DNA of 36,438 nucleotides from an uncultured bacterium (GTDB taxonomy: Bacteria > Krumholzibacteriota > Krumholzibacteriia > Krumholzibacteriales > Krumholzibacteriaceae). Made by a program: the position numbers and the translations under genes. The stretch covers positions 1-36,438 of the forward strand of contig CBDUYR010000025.1 of assembly GCA_965371515.1 (NCBI GenBank), given 5' to 3'. Under the pieces are notes generated by a model. The model did not search any database. It was given only the letters and a program-made list of their open reading frames with translations, and had not been told where the DNA came from. The number at the start of each line of letters is the position of its first letter. Position 1 is the stretch's first letter. Shown here one piece after another: positions 26,851 to 35,488 of the stretch.

Positions 26851-27627
26851 ATGCCGACGGGGAACGCAATATCTCTACAGCAGAGGATGAAGAAGCTCTT
26901 CGTCGAAGGGTTCTCCGTGATGGATATTGCCGGGCCCCTGCCCGTGATCGACTCGTGCCAGCCGGTGACCGATGCCTACGCGATGATAGAGAAGACAAGG
27001 CTGCCGATACTCGGGGTCGTAGAGGAGGGCAGGATAACGGGATTTCTGAGGGTCGAGGATATCTCAGAAGGAGAATGCGGTTTCGTCCCCAGGCCGTTGG
27101 AAGAGCTGCCGATCCTCGATGAGACTGCGTCGTTTCCCACAGCCTTCGAGGCGCTGACCGACTCGCCGTTCTGCTTCGTGCGGGCCGGCGGCGATGTTCA
27201 GGCGATCGTGGGAAGGATGGACATCGAGAAGCCGCCGGTGAGGATGTGGCTCTTCGGGATGGTCACGATCATCGAGATGTTCATGTCGAGGATCATAACC
27301 GATGCCTACCCCGACGATGGGTGGGTGGACCTGCTGTCGAAGAGCCGGCTGAGCCGGGCTGAAAGATTCATGAACGAAAGAGCCAGGCGAGGTGTGGGGA
27401 TCCGTCTGATCGACTGCCTTCAGCTCTCCGACAAGGCGAATATCGTCATCAAGGATCCGGAGCTCTTCGCCATGCTGAGGTTCGAGTCGAAGAGGTCGGC
27501 CCGGAAGGCCGTCAAGGACTTCGAATCGCTTCGGAACAACCTCGCCCACGCGCACGATCTCAGTTTCAACTGGGACACGATACTCGGCATATCGAGGGAT
27601 ATGGACATCATAGTCACCCGCATCTGA
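26851..27627 (+). CDS. CBS-domain protein with C-terminal HEPN (Swt1-like) domain
   Basis: Degenerate CBS pair (VMDIA.PL, LGVVEEGRITGFL, AIVGRMDI.KPP); helical C-terminus with LSDK and LRNNLAH (RxxxxH). Confidence 0.7.
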   Translation: MPTGNAISLQQRMKKLFVEGFSVMDIAGPLPVIDSCQPVTDAYAMIEKTRLPILGVVEEGRITGFLRVEDISEGECGFVPRPLEELPILDETASFPTAFEALTDSPFCFVRAGGDVQAIVGRMDIEKPPVRMWLFGMVTIIEMFMSRIITDAYPDDGWVDLLSKSRLSRAERFMNERARRGVGIRLIDCLQLSDKANIVIKDPELFAMLRFESKRSARKAVKDFESLRNNLAHAHDLSFNWDTILGISRDMDIIVTRI

Positions 27628-27641
27628 CTCCCGGTTATCGG

Positions 27642-27670
27642 TTGACCGCGCTGGCGGCGGAGAGTATGAT
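27642..27670 (+). promoter_or_regulatory. Candidate sigma70 promoter of the dodecin gene
   Basis: TTGACC-17 bp-TATGAT. Confidence 0.6.
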
Positions 27671-27710
27671 GGACCCGGTAATCAATCCCTGAAATCGAAA
27701 GGAGACAACG

Positions 27711-27920
27711 ATGTCAGACAGCGTCTACAAGGTCATCGAACTGGTCGGAACGAGCCCCGATTCGTGGGAAAAAGCGGCAACGAACGCGATAGACAGGGCG
27801 GGCAAATCGATTCGCGACCTGCGTATCGCCGAGGTCATACAGCTCGACATGCACCTCGAGGACGGCAAGGTCAAGGAGTATAGGGCCAAGGTGAAGGTCT
27901 CTTTCAAGTTCGAGGGCTGA
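27711..27920 (+). CDS. Dodecin (flavin-binding protein)
   Basis: VYKVIELVGTS..SWE.A...AI..A.KS.RDLR.AEV...YR.KVKVSFK; AGGAG SD. Confidence 0.93.
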   Translation: MSDSVYKVIELVGTSPDSWEKAATNAIDRAGKSIRDLRIAEVIQLDMHLEDGKVKEYRAKVKVSFKFEG

Positions 27921-28049
27921 AATCGCACCGTTGACGCGGAATCGATAATCATTTAAATTAAGCGGGTAACCGTTGCCGGTGTGCCGCGTACCGCGGAGTG
28001 CTTTATCTGCCGGCTTTACAGTCATGTACGAAACTCCGGAGGTATCTCG

Positions 28050-28643
28050 ATGAGAACGGTCAGTCTCGTTTCCCTTTTAATTCTGGCGGCGGTTCTTCTC
28101 GGCGGCTGCACAGCAACGAAGATGGCGAGTACAGAGAAGGTCTATGAGACACCGATTGCCGTCGATGCCCATTACACGGAAGGCGTCGATTTCAGCCAGT
28201 ACAAGACCTGGACGTGGATACCTTCGGTCGCTGAGACCGGCTCGGAACGTCTCGACGATCCCGAATTCCGGGATGTAGTCGGTACGGCCGTACAGAAGGA
28301 AATGTACGCGAGGGGATACGCTAAGACGACGGAGAGTCCCGACCTGGTATTGAACGCTTTCGTGAGTCTGGTAAAGATCGACAAGAAATACATCGAAGAG
28401 AATTTCAGCGGCACCTATAAACCCGACTACTATGCGGATCTTCCCGACGGTGGAAGCAGCAAGGTGAGCTGGGAAGAGGGCACATTGATGCTCTTTATCT
28501 ACGACGCGTCCAAGGGACAGGTCGTATGGTACGGCACCGCCAAGACCGAAACGATAAAGAACGCTCCGGACGGCATGTGGCAGAAGAGGGTGCAGGGTGT
28601 CGTCGCACAGCTGCTCGACAGCCTTCCTTCACGGGCGGAGTAG
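28050..28643 (+). CDS. DUF4136-like lipoprotein
   Basis: Lipobox LGGC; DFSQYKTW, RGY, PDL, EEGTL.L..YD......VW.G.A. Confidence 0.8.
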   Translation: MRTVSLVSLLILAAVLLGGCTATKMASTEKVYETPIAVDAHYTEGVDFSQYKTWTWIPSVAETGSERLDDPEFRDVVGTAVQKEMYARGYAKTTESPDLVLNAFVSLVKIDKKYIEENFSGTYKPDYYADLPDGGSSKVSWEEGTLMLFIYDASKGQVVWYGTAKTETIKNAPDGMWQKRVQGVVAQLLDSLPSRAE

Positions 28644-28697
28644 CGCTGACGATACCGTGGACGGTCTGAGTTGACAGGTAAGGAAGGGAGACCGGCG

Positions 28698-29198
28698 ATG
28701 CCATCAAAAGAGAATCTCGAAGCCGCGTTCGCAGGCGAGAGCCAGGCGAACCGTAAGTACCTCGCATTCGCGAAAAAGGCCGATGCTGATGGTTATCCGC
28801 AGGTAGCGAAGCTCTTCCGCGCGGCCGCCGAGGCAGAGACTATCCATGCCCACGCGCACCTGAAGGTGCTCGGCGGTGTCGGCGAGACGGCCGACAATCT
28901 CGTCGACGCAGTCGCGGGCGAGGGGTACGAGTTCAGGGAGATGTACCCGAAGTTTCTCAGCGAGGCAGAGACCGAGGGCAACGATGCCGCGGTGCGGTCG
29001 TTCCGCTTCGCTCTTGCCGTGGAGGAGGTCCATCACGGCCTCTACGAGAAGGCCCTGGAGGCCGTAAAGGGTGGCGGCGATCTCGCTTCGACGCCGATTC
29101 ATGTGTGCCCCGTATGCGGTAACACATTCGAGGGCGAGACCCCCGAAAAGTGCCCGGTATGCAACGTCCCGAAGGAAAAGTTCTTCGAGGTGAAGTAG
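28698..29198 (+). CDS. rbr: Rubrerythrin
   Basis: NLEAAFAGESQA, E..HA, GE.YE...MYP, E..H, C-terminal CPVCG...CPVC. Confidence 0.95.
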   Translation: MPSKENLEAAFAGESQANRKYLAFAKKADADGYPQVAKLFRAAAEAETIHAHAHLKVLGGVGETADNLVDAVAGEGYEFREMYPKFLSEAETEGNDAAVRSFRFALAVEEVHHGLYEKALEAVKGGGDLASTPIHVCPVCGNTFEGETPEKCPVCNVPKEKFFEVK

Positions 29199-29354
29199 CA
29201 GGGCACGGCAGGTTTGATATCGATGGAGCCGTCTTTCCGCCATTCAGATCCGCGGAGAGCGGCTCCTCTCAACATATGGAAAGAACGAGCTTTTAGAATA
29301 TGCTGGACAATGGGCAGTATTTGCCCAAAAATAACTGCAAAGGGAGGTATCATC

Positions 29355-31670
29355 ATGAAACTGAGGATTATCGCCGCGGCCGTCCTTCTGGCCGCGCTTC
29401 TCGTATCTTCTTCCGCTTCCGCCCTGGACTGGCCGTTCAGGATCGAGGCGGGTGACACGACGATCGTCATTTACATGCCGCAGATCGAGTCCCTGAACGG
29501 CGACATGGTCACTGCCAGGTCCGCGGTCTCGATTTCCGTTCCCGCGGTGGAGACACCTGTATTCGGCGCAGTATGGTTCGAGTCGTATGCATTGACGGAC
29601 CGCGAGACGAGAACAGTGGTCCTCTCCGACGTTAAGATAATGGGGGCGAGGTTCCCTTCGCAGGAGGGAAAGAATCAGGACAGGTTCGGGGAACTTGCCC
29701 GAAAGGAGATCGAGCAGTGGGAATTCCTCATCACTCTCGATGACATGAACGCCATGCTCGAATATGTCGACAAGCAGAATATCGCGGTGGAAGGGATGAA
29801 GAACGATCCGCCGAAGATCTATGTCAAGAGCACGCCTGCCGTTCTGATCCTCATAGATGGTGAGCCGAAGGAGCAGGATCTCGAGAATACCAATCTGAAA
29901 TACGTAGTCAACACGGCTTTCTTCATCGTCTACGACAAGAAGAGTAAATCGTACTATTTGAGGGGAGGCCCATGGTGGTACTCCTCGAAGAAGGTCGATT
30001 CGGGATATGCGCCCGTCGACAAGGTGCCGGACGAGGTGGCAAAACTGGCCGAAGAGGCGGAAAAAGCTACAGCGGAAGACGCAGCTGCCGCTGCCGCCGC
30101 GGCGGAAGCAGCCGGAGAGGATCCCCCGGCCGCCCCCGATTTTACGGGCCAGTCGCCGCCCGAGATCATCATCTCGACCGAGGCCGCCGAACTGATCGTT
30201 ACCGAGGGCGAGCCTGAATTCGCCGCCATCGAGGGCACCGAGCTGCTCTACATGACCAACACCGATTCCGATGTTTTTATGGACCTCAAGGGTCAGCAGT
30301 ACTTCACGCTGATATCGGGCCGCTGGTATATCGCGCCGTCGATGGAGGGCGAGTGGAAACATGTCGCCTCCGATGGCCTTCCCGCGGATTTCGCGAAGAT
30401 ATCACCTGATTCACAGAACGGTCACGTGCTTGCCAGTGTCGCCGGGACCGACCAGGCGCGCGACGCCGTTCTCGACATGTACGTGCCGCAGACGGCCGAG
30501 GTGGACAGGAAGGAAGCGACCGTAAAGGTGGAATACGACGGCGAACCGAGGTTCGAGAAGGTAGAAGACACCGAAATGACCTACGCGGTCAACACCTCGA
30601 GCGCCGTGATCAAGGTCGCGAATAGCTATTACTGCTGCGATGAGGCGGTCTGGTTCGAGGCAGCGGCGCCGGCCGGGCCCTGGGCAGTCTGCGTAGAGGT
30701 GCCCGATGCGATCTATACGATACCGCCGAGCTGCCCCATATACAACGTGATCTACGTCTACGTCTATGACTACACACCCGATGTCGTCTACACAGGGTAT
30801 ACGCCGGGCTACACCTGCTCATACGTATACGGCGGCACCGTAGTCTATGGAACGGGCTGGTACTACAGGCCGTGGTACGGCGCCTATTACTATCCGCGTC
30901 CTGTCACGTGGGGATACGGTGTCCACTGGAATCCATATACCGGCTGGGGTTTCTCCGTCGGCATCAGGTTCGGCGGCCCGTACGGGTGGTTCAGGATCGG
31001 ATGGGGATCTCCCTACAGGTACTGGGGCCCGAGAGGTTACAGGCACGGCTATAATCGAGGATACAGGCATGGATATCACCACGGGGCGAGACATGGTTAC
31101 CGCGCCGGCTACGCTGCCGGGCAGCGTAGTGGCGGATCAAACAATATGTACAAGAACAGGGCCAACGGGGTGAAGAGAACGGGTGACGTCCGTACCGCCG
31201 ACAAGAGACCGGCCGGCACTCCCTCGACGAGGGACAGGCAGCAGGCAGGCGGTAACAGGAGTAACACCTATGCCGACAAGAACGGGAATGTCTACCGCAA
31301 CAACCAGGGTAACTGGGACAAGCAGGGAGGCTCCAGGGACAAGTCCGCTCAGCAGCCCAGCAACGCATCGAGAAACGATCTGAACAATCAGAAGGCAGCG
31401 AGGGACAAGGGTGCCAGCAGCAGCAGTCAGTACCAGAGAGATAAATCGACCGGGCAGAGGGACACGCGATCTACGAGCACTGGTCAGAGGGACACAGGCC
31501 AGAAGAGCACCGGGCAGAGGGACACGCGTCAGACCACGACTGGCCAGAGGGACACTCGATCAAGTTCGTCGGGTCAGAGAAACACGAGATCCACGAGCAG
31601 CGGCCAGCGCAACACGAGGTCGAGCAGCAGCAGGCGCAGCTCGGGGGGCGGAGGGGGCAGGAGAAGATAG
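29355..31670 (+). CDS. Large secreted hypothetical protein with Tyr/Gly/Trp-rich region and low-complexity basic tail
   Basis: GGAGG SD and signal peptide from ATG 29355; repeated LISGRWY/NT...motifs; YxxG and 10-aa repeats near the C-terminus. Confidence 0.8.
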   Translation: MKLRIIAAAVLLAALLVSSSASALDWPFRIEAGDTTIVIYMPQIESLNGDMVTARSAVSISVPAVETPVFGAVWFESYALTDRETRTVVLSDVKIMGARFPSQEGKNQDRFGELARKEIEQWEFLITLDDMNAMLEYVDKQNIAVEGMKNDPPKIYVKSTPAVLILIDGEPKEQDLENTNLKYVVNTAFFIVYDKKSKSYYLRGGPWWYSSKKVDSGYAPVDKVPDEVAKLAEEAEKATAEDAAAAAAAAEAAGEDPPAAPDFTGQSPPEIIISTEAAELIVTEGEPEFAAIEGTELLYMTNTDSDVFMDLKGQQYFTLISGRWYIAPSMEGEWKHVASDGLPADFAKISPDSQNGHVLASVAGTDQARDAVLDMYVPQTAEVDRKEATVKVEYDGEPRFEKVEDTEMTYAVNTSSAVIKVANSYYCCDEAVWFEAAAPAGPWAVCVEVPDAIYTIPPSCPIYNVIYVYVYDYTPDVVYTGYTPGYTCSYVYGGTVVYGTGWYYRPWYGAYYYPRPVTWGYGVHWNPYTGWGFSVGIRFGGPYGWFRIGWGSPYRYWGPRGYRHGYNRGYRHGYHHGARHGYRAGYAAGQRSGGSNNMYKNRANGVKRTGDVRTADKRPAGTPSTRDRQQAGGNRSNTYADKNGNVYRNNQGNWDKQGGSRDKSAQQPSNASRNDLNNQKAARDKGASSSSQYQRDKSTGQRDTRSTSTGQRDTGQKSTGQRDTRQTTTGQRDTRSSSSGQRNTRSTSSGQRNTRSSSSRRSSGGGGGRRR
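31446..31625 (+). repeat. Six degenerate 30-bp coding tandem repeats (STGQRDTRST-like)
   Basis: GGnCAGAGGGACAC-like core recurs every 30 nt. Confidence 0.9.
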
Positions 31671-31773
31671 ATACGTAGTCAGCTCATTGAGGATTGACTT
31701 TGAATGCAGTCGTAGTGTATATACACTGGGTCAATCAGTTTGTAACCGTTCCTTTTAACTGGAGGTAATTCTC

Positions 31774-32235
31774 ATGAGGAAGACCTGTCTTGCAATCGTA
31801 CTAGCAGTTCTCATGACCGTTCCCGCCGCCGCGTTCGCGCAGGAGGCGCTTCTCGAGGTGCTTCGCTCGGATGTCAGGGCAGAGAAAGTGGCTTTGATCA
31901 CCGAGATGATGATGTTCACCGACGAGCAGGCAGAGGTTTTCTGGCCTGTCTACAGGGATATGGTGAACGAAGCCGACAAACTGACTGATAAGCGGATCGC
32001 CATGATCAAGGAATATGCTGAGAATTACGACGAGATGACCGACGAGGTAGCGACGGATATCATCAAAAAGGCGTTCACCCTTCGCGAGAAGCGGTTGGCA
32101 CTCGAGAAGAAGTACTACAAGAAATTCTCAAAGGCCCTCGATCCGATAACGGCGGCGAAATTCTTCCAGCTCAACCGTGAGATCAATCTCATGATCGATA
32201 TCCAGATCTCGGCAGGGCTGCCGTTCTTCAAGTAG
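31774..32235 (+). CDS. Periplasmic helical hypothetical protein
   Basis: Signal peptide (AFAQ), T.EQA..FWPVY motif; GGAGG SD. Confidence 0.8.
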   Translation: MRKTCLAIVLAVLMTVPAAAFAQEALLEVLRSDVRAEKVALITEMMMFTDEQAEVFWPVYRDMVNEADKLTDKRIAMIKEYAENYDEMTDEVATDIIKKAFTLREKRLALEKKYYKKFSKALDPITAAKFFQLNREINLMIDIQISAGLPFFK

Positions 32236-32287
32236 ATTGATTAGTAGAGGCATTCAGGGAGGAAAAGCAGGAAGGGAGGTCCAGGAA

Positions 32288-32956
32288 ATGACAGTGAAGA
32301 TGAAGCGCGGAAATGGCGCGGGGCATGTCCTCGCGGCGGCGTTCGGGATCATGTTGCTCGTCATGGGCGGATGCGCGCCCGATTCCGGATTCACCAGCGT
32401 CTCCGACTACGACGTCGTGGTGACACACTACGACCCGGAGGCGGATTACCAGACGTACACTACATTCGCCGTCGCCGATACGGTAGCCCATCTCGGCAAC
32501 CCGGACGGAGACGACGACGGGATATCGAAAGAGCTCGACGATATGATTATCGCCGAGATTACAGAGCAGATGATCCGGATGGGGTATACGCTGGAAAACG
32601 ATCCAGCGAATAATCCGCCCGACCTGGCAATGCTGCCAGGGATCACGGTCTCGACATGGACGGGTTACGTGCCCGGCTATCCGTGGTATGGAGGCTGGTA
32701 TGGGGGCTGGTATCCGTATTATCCTTGGTATCCCGGCTATATGCCCGGATATACATACTCGTACGAGACGGGAACCCTGTTCATCGACATGGCCGATTAT
32801 TCCACTCTCGATGAAGAGACCGGGGATATCCTGGTTATCTGGACTGGCGCTATAAACGGAGTACTCAGCAGCTCGGTGTCATCGAATGCACAGAGAGTAA
32901 CTGACGGCATCAGGCAGACTTTCGACCAGTCACCTTATCTGAAAAAGACCTCTTAG
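32288..32956 (+). CDS. DUF4136-like lipoprotein
   Basis: GGAGGT SD; lipobox-like MGGC; YTTF, MGY, PDL, YPW/GW-rich loop, YETGTLFIDM, IWTG, FDQSPYL. Confidence 0.85.
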   Translation: MTVKMKRGNGAGHVLAAAFGIMLLVMGGCAPDSGFTSVSDYDVVVTHYDPEADYQTYTTFAVADTVAHLGNPDGDDDGISKELDDMIIAEITEQMIRMGYTLENDPANNPPDLAMLPGITVSTWTGYVPGYPWYGGWYGGWYPYYPWYPGYMPGYTYSYETGTLFIDMADYSTLDEETGDILVIWTGAINGVLSSSVSSNAQRVTDGIRQTFDQSPYLKKTS

Positions 32957-32993
32957 GAGCAGAAATGACTGCATATCGGGAAAGGAGAATATT

Positions 32994-33590
32994 ATGAGAA
33001 CGATTCTTGCGGTTTTTCTGGTCCTGGTTCTTTGCGCTGGAGCAGTGAAGGCCGATGACGCGATAGGCGTAGTGACTTACGACGTTTCGTTCCCACTCGA
33101 GGACATGAAGGATTATATCGACAAGACGAGCTGGCGCGGATTCGGGCTCGAGGGAAGATGGCTCGTGAAGCCGAACTGGACGCTCGGGCTGTCATGGCAC
33201 TGGAACACGTTCTCCGAGACGACAAATGAGATGATCGAGATCACTAACGGCAACGTCACCGGCAACCAGTTCAGGGTACTGTACAGCTCACCGATAATGG
33301 CCACGGCTTACTGGTATCCGAGCTCGCCCCTGGACAATCCTGATTTCATGCCGTACTTCGGTCTCGGTGCCGGGACGATCTGGATGAAGGAACGCCTCGA
33401 GATCGGTATTGTGGCGTTCGAGGAGAGCAGCTGGCATTTCGGGCTCACGCCCGAGGTGGGGATCATGATCCCGGTCGGCTACTATACCAACTTTATCGCT
33501 GGCGCAAGATACAACTACGCGTTCAAGAGCGGTGATTCACCCGAGTACCAGTGGTGGACCCTCAGCGTTGGATTCGCCTGGACGAACTAG
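32994..33590 (+). CDS. Outer-membrane beta-barrel protein (8-strand OmpA/OmpW-like)
   Basis: Signal peptide, PYFGLGAG, FGLTPEVG, terminal aromatic strand. Confidence 0.8.
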   Translation: MRTILAVFLVLVLCAGAVKADDAIGVVTYDVSFPLEDMKDYIDKTSWRGFGLEGRWLVKPNWTLGLSWHWNTFSETTNEMIEITNGNVTGNQFRVLYSSPIMATAYWYPSSPLDNPDFMPYFGLGAGTIWMKERLEIGIVAFEESSWHFGLTPEVGIMIPVGYYTNFIAGARYNYAFKSGDSPEYQWWTLSVGFAWTN

Positions 33591-33608
33591 ACGGGAGGCA
33601 ACTGAAAG

Positions 33609-34241
33609 ATGTTCAAGAGAACGTACGCAGCGCTTGCTGTAGCTCTCGTCGTCCTTACGACGCTGACCGGAAGCGCCATTGCTCAGGACAAGGGCATCAT
33701 GATCGTCCCATTTGCCGCATACCAGTGGGGCGGGACTTTCCAGGGTTATTACGGCGAAGCAAAGCTCAATGACTCCGGGAGCTGGGGTATCGCGCTGGAT
33801 ATACCTGTAGGATATGATACCTACGTCGAGCTTATATACTCGAGACAGCTCACCGAACTGACCTACAGGGAATACGGATCGGGCAATCCGGCGGATGAGA
33901 TCTTCGACATGGCCGTTGAATACTACCAGATCGGCGGACTCTACACTGTGGACAAGGACGGCCCGAAGCCGTTCGGGACGATGTCGATTGGAGCGACAAG
34001 GTTCGCACCGCAGAACACTGTCTACAGTTCGGAGTGGAAGTTCTCAGCAGCGTTCGGTCTCGGAATCATCGTTCCGGTCAGTCAGAGGATCGGGATCAGG
34101 ACGCATGTCAGGCTCCTTCTTCCCTTCATGTACACAGGCGGTGGCATGTGGTGTGGAACGGGCGGCTGCTCGATCGGTGTCAGCGGCGGCAGTGCCATTG
34201 CGCAGGGCGATGTAGCTATCGGTCTCGTGATCAGGATCTGA
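33609..34241 (+). CDS. Outer-membrane beta-barrel protein
   Basis: Signal peptide, VELIYSRQ, YYQIGG, PFG...IGATRF, CGTGGC loop. Confidence 0.8.
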   Translation: MFKRTYAALAVALVVLTTLTGSAIAQDKGIMIVPFAAYQWGGTFQGYYGEAKLNDSGSWGIALDIPVGYDTYVELIYSRQLTELTYREYGSGNPADEIFDMAVEYYQIGGLYTVDKDGPKPFGTMSIGATRFAPQNTVYSSEWKFSAAFGLGIIVPVSQRIGIRTHVRLLLPFMYTGGGMWCGTGGCSIGVSGGSAIAQGDVAIGLVIRI

Positions 34242-34269
34242 TAATAATATACACGATGAGCGATCATTG

Positions 34270-34301
34270 CGGGCCGCCTTCGGGCGGCCCGTTTTATTTT
34301 T
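34270..34301 (+). terminator. Rho-independent terminator
   Basis: CGGGCCGCC-TTCG-GGCGGCCCG followed by TTTTATTTTT. Confidence 0.9.
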
Positions 34302-34373
34302 CCCTGTCAATTTTTCAATGTCCGTCCGATAATCCGGGACGAAGCGGACAGATCGCGAAACGGGGAGCGTTAT

Positions 34374-35393
34374 ATGGCCGAGAACCATTCGACATCGAGG
34401 ATACTCATCACATTCGCCGCCTTCATCGTCATCGTGGCGGGTATGAAGGCAGCCGCAACAATCATCGTCCCGTTCATTCTCGCCCTTTTTATTGCCATAA
34501 TATGCTCCTCTCCGGTTTCGTGGATGCAGGGGAAACGCGTCCCCGCATGGCTGGCGATAATAGTAGTGATCGTCGCGATCGTCGCTGTCAGCACCCTGGT
34601 CACGGGATTCCTCGGCGCATCAATAGGAGACTTCGTCAGGTCCTACCCGCGTTACACCATTGCCCTCGAGCAGCGGTTCTCGGGAATATATGCGTGGCTG
34701 GAGGGCCGGGGAATCGACATGGAGAATATCGACATTCTCGACAGGATCGAGCCTGGCAAGGTCATGGGCTATACGGCGACACTTCTCAAAAGCCTGAAAG
34801 ACGCTCTTGCCAACGGATTCCTCATCATAATAACCGTTGTGTTCATGCTGCTGGAGGCTTCGAGTTTACCGAAGAAACTCAGGGAAATCCTGGACGATCC
34901 TGATAAAGCCCTGCCGCATTTCGAGGGATTAGCCAACGAGATAAAACGCTATCTCGCATTCAAGACGTGGATATGCCTCGCGACCGGCTTGTTCGCCACT
35001 GGCCTTCTTCTGGCGACGGGGGTGGACTATCCTTTCCTCTGGGGAGCGCTGGCCTTCCTTCTCAACTATATTCCTACGATCGGCTCGCTGGTAGCGGCTA
35101 TTCCGCCTGTCCTGCTCGCATTCGTCCAGTACGGGTACACAAGGGGGATCATCGTGGCTGCCGGGTACATCGTGCTTAACCTCGTCGTCGGCAATTTCAT
35201 AGAGCCTCGAGTGATGGGAAAAGGGTTGGGACTCTCGACCCTCGTCGTATTCCTTTCTCTGATATTCTGGGGATGGGTCTTCGGGCCGGTCGGCATGATC
35301 CTGTCGGTACCGCTCACGATGATGACCAAGATCGCACTGGAGACAAGGGAAGATACGAAATGGCTGGCGGTCCTTCTCGGATCGCCCGAATAG
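34374..35393 (+). CDS. AI-2E family transporter
   Basis: Multi-TM; LNYIPTIGS, IEPRVMGKGLGLS, WGWVFGPVGMILSVPL. Confidence 0.93.
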   Translation: MAENHSTSRILITFAAFIVIVAGMKAAATIIVPFILALFIAIICSSPVSWMQGKRVPAWLAIIVVIVAIVAVSTLVTGFLGASIGDFVRSYPRYTIALEQRFSGIYAWLEGRGIDMENIDILDRIEPGKVMGYTATLLKSLKDALANGFLIIITVVFMLLEASSLPKKLREILDDPDKALPHFEGLANEIKRYLAFKTWICLATGLFATGLLLATGVDYPFLWGALAFLLNYIPTIGSLVAAIPPVLLAFVQYGYTRGIIVAAGYIVLNLVVGNFIEPRVMGKGLGLSTLVVFLSLIFWGWVFGPVGMILSVPLTMMTKIALETREDTKWLAVLLGSPE

Positions 35394-35416
35394 ATACTCT
35401 GGGATCATTCGATACG

Positions 35417-35461
35417 AATATATAATATATAAAGAGGGCCGCGGCATCACCGCGGTCCTCT
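35417..35461 (-). terminator. Hairpin between convergent genes, probable terminator of the FadL-like gene
   Basis: AGAGGGCCGCGG-CATCA-CCGCGGTCCTCT (35433-35461), with a T/A-rich run on the minus-strand 3' side. Confidence 0.7.
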
Positions 35462-35488
35462 GCATTCTATCAGGTATTCGACTGCAGC

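Noticed and set aside
31446..31625. CRISPR array
   Set aside because: Repeats are contiguous, degenerate and in-frame coding, with no spacers and no cas genes.
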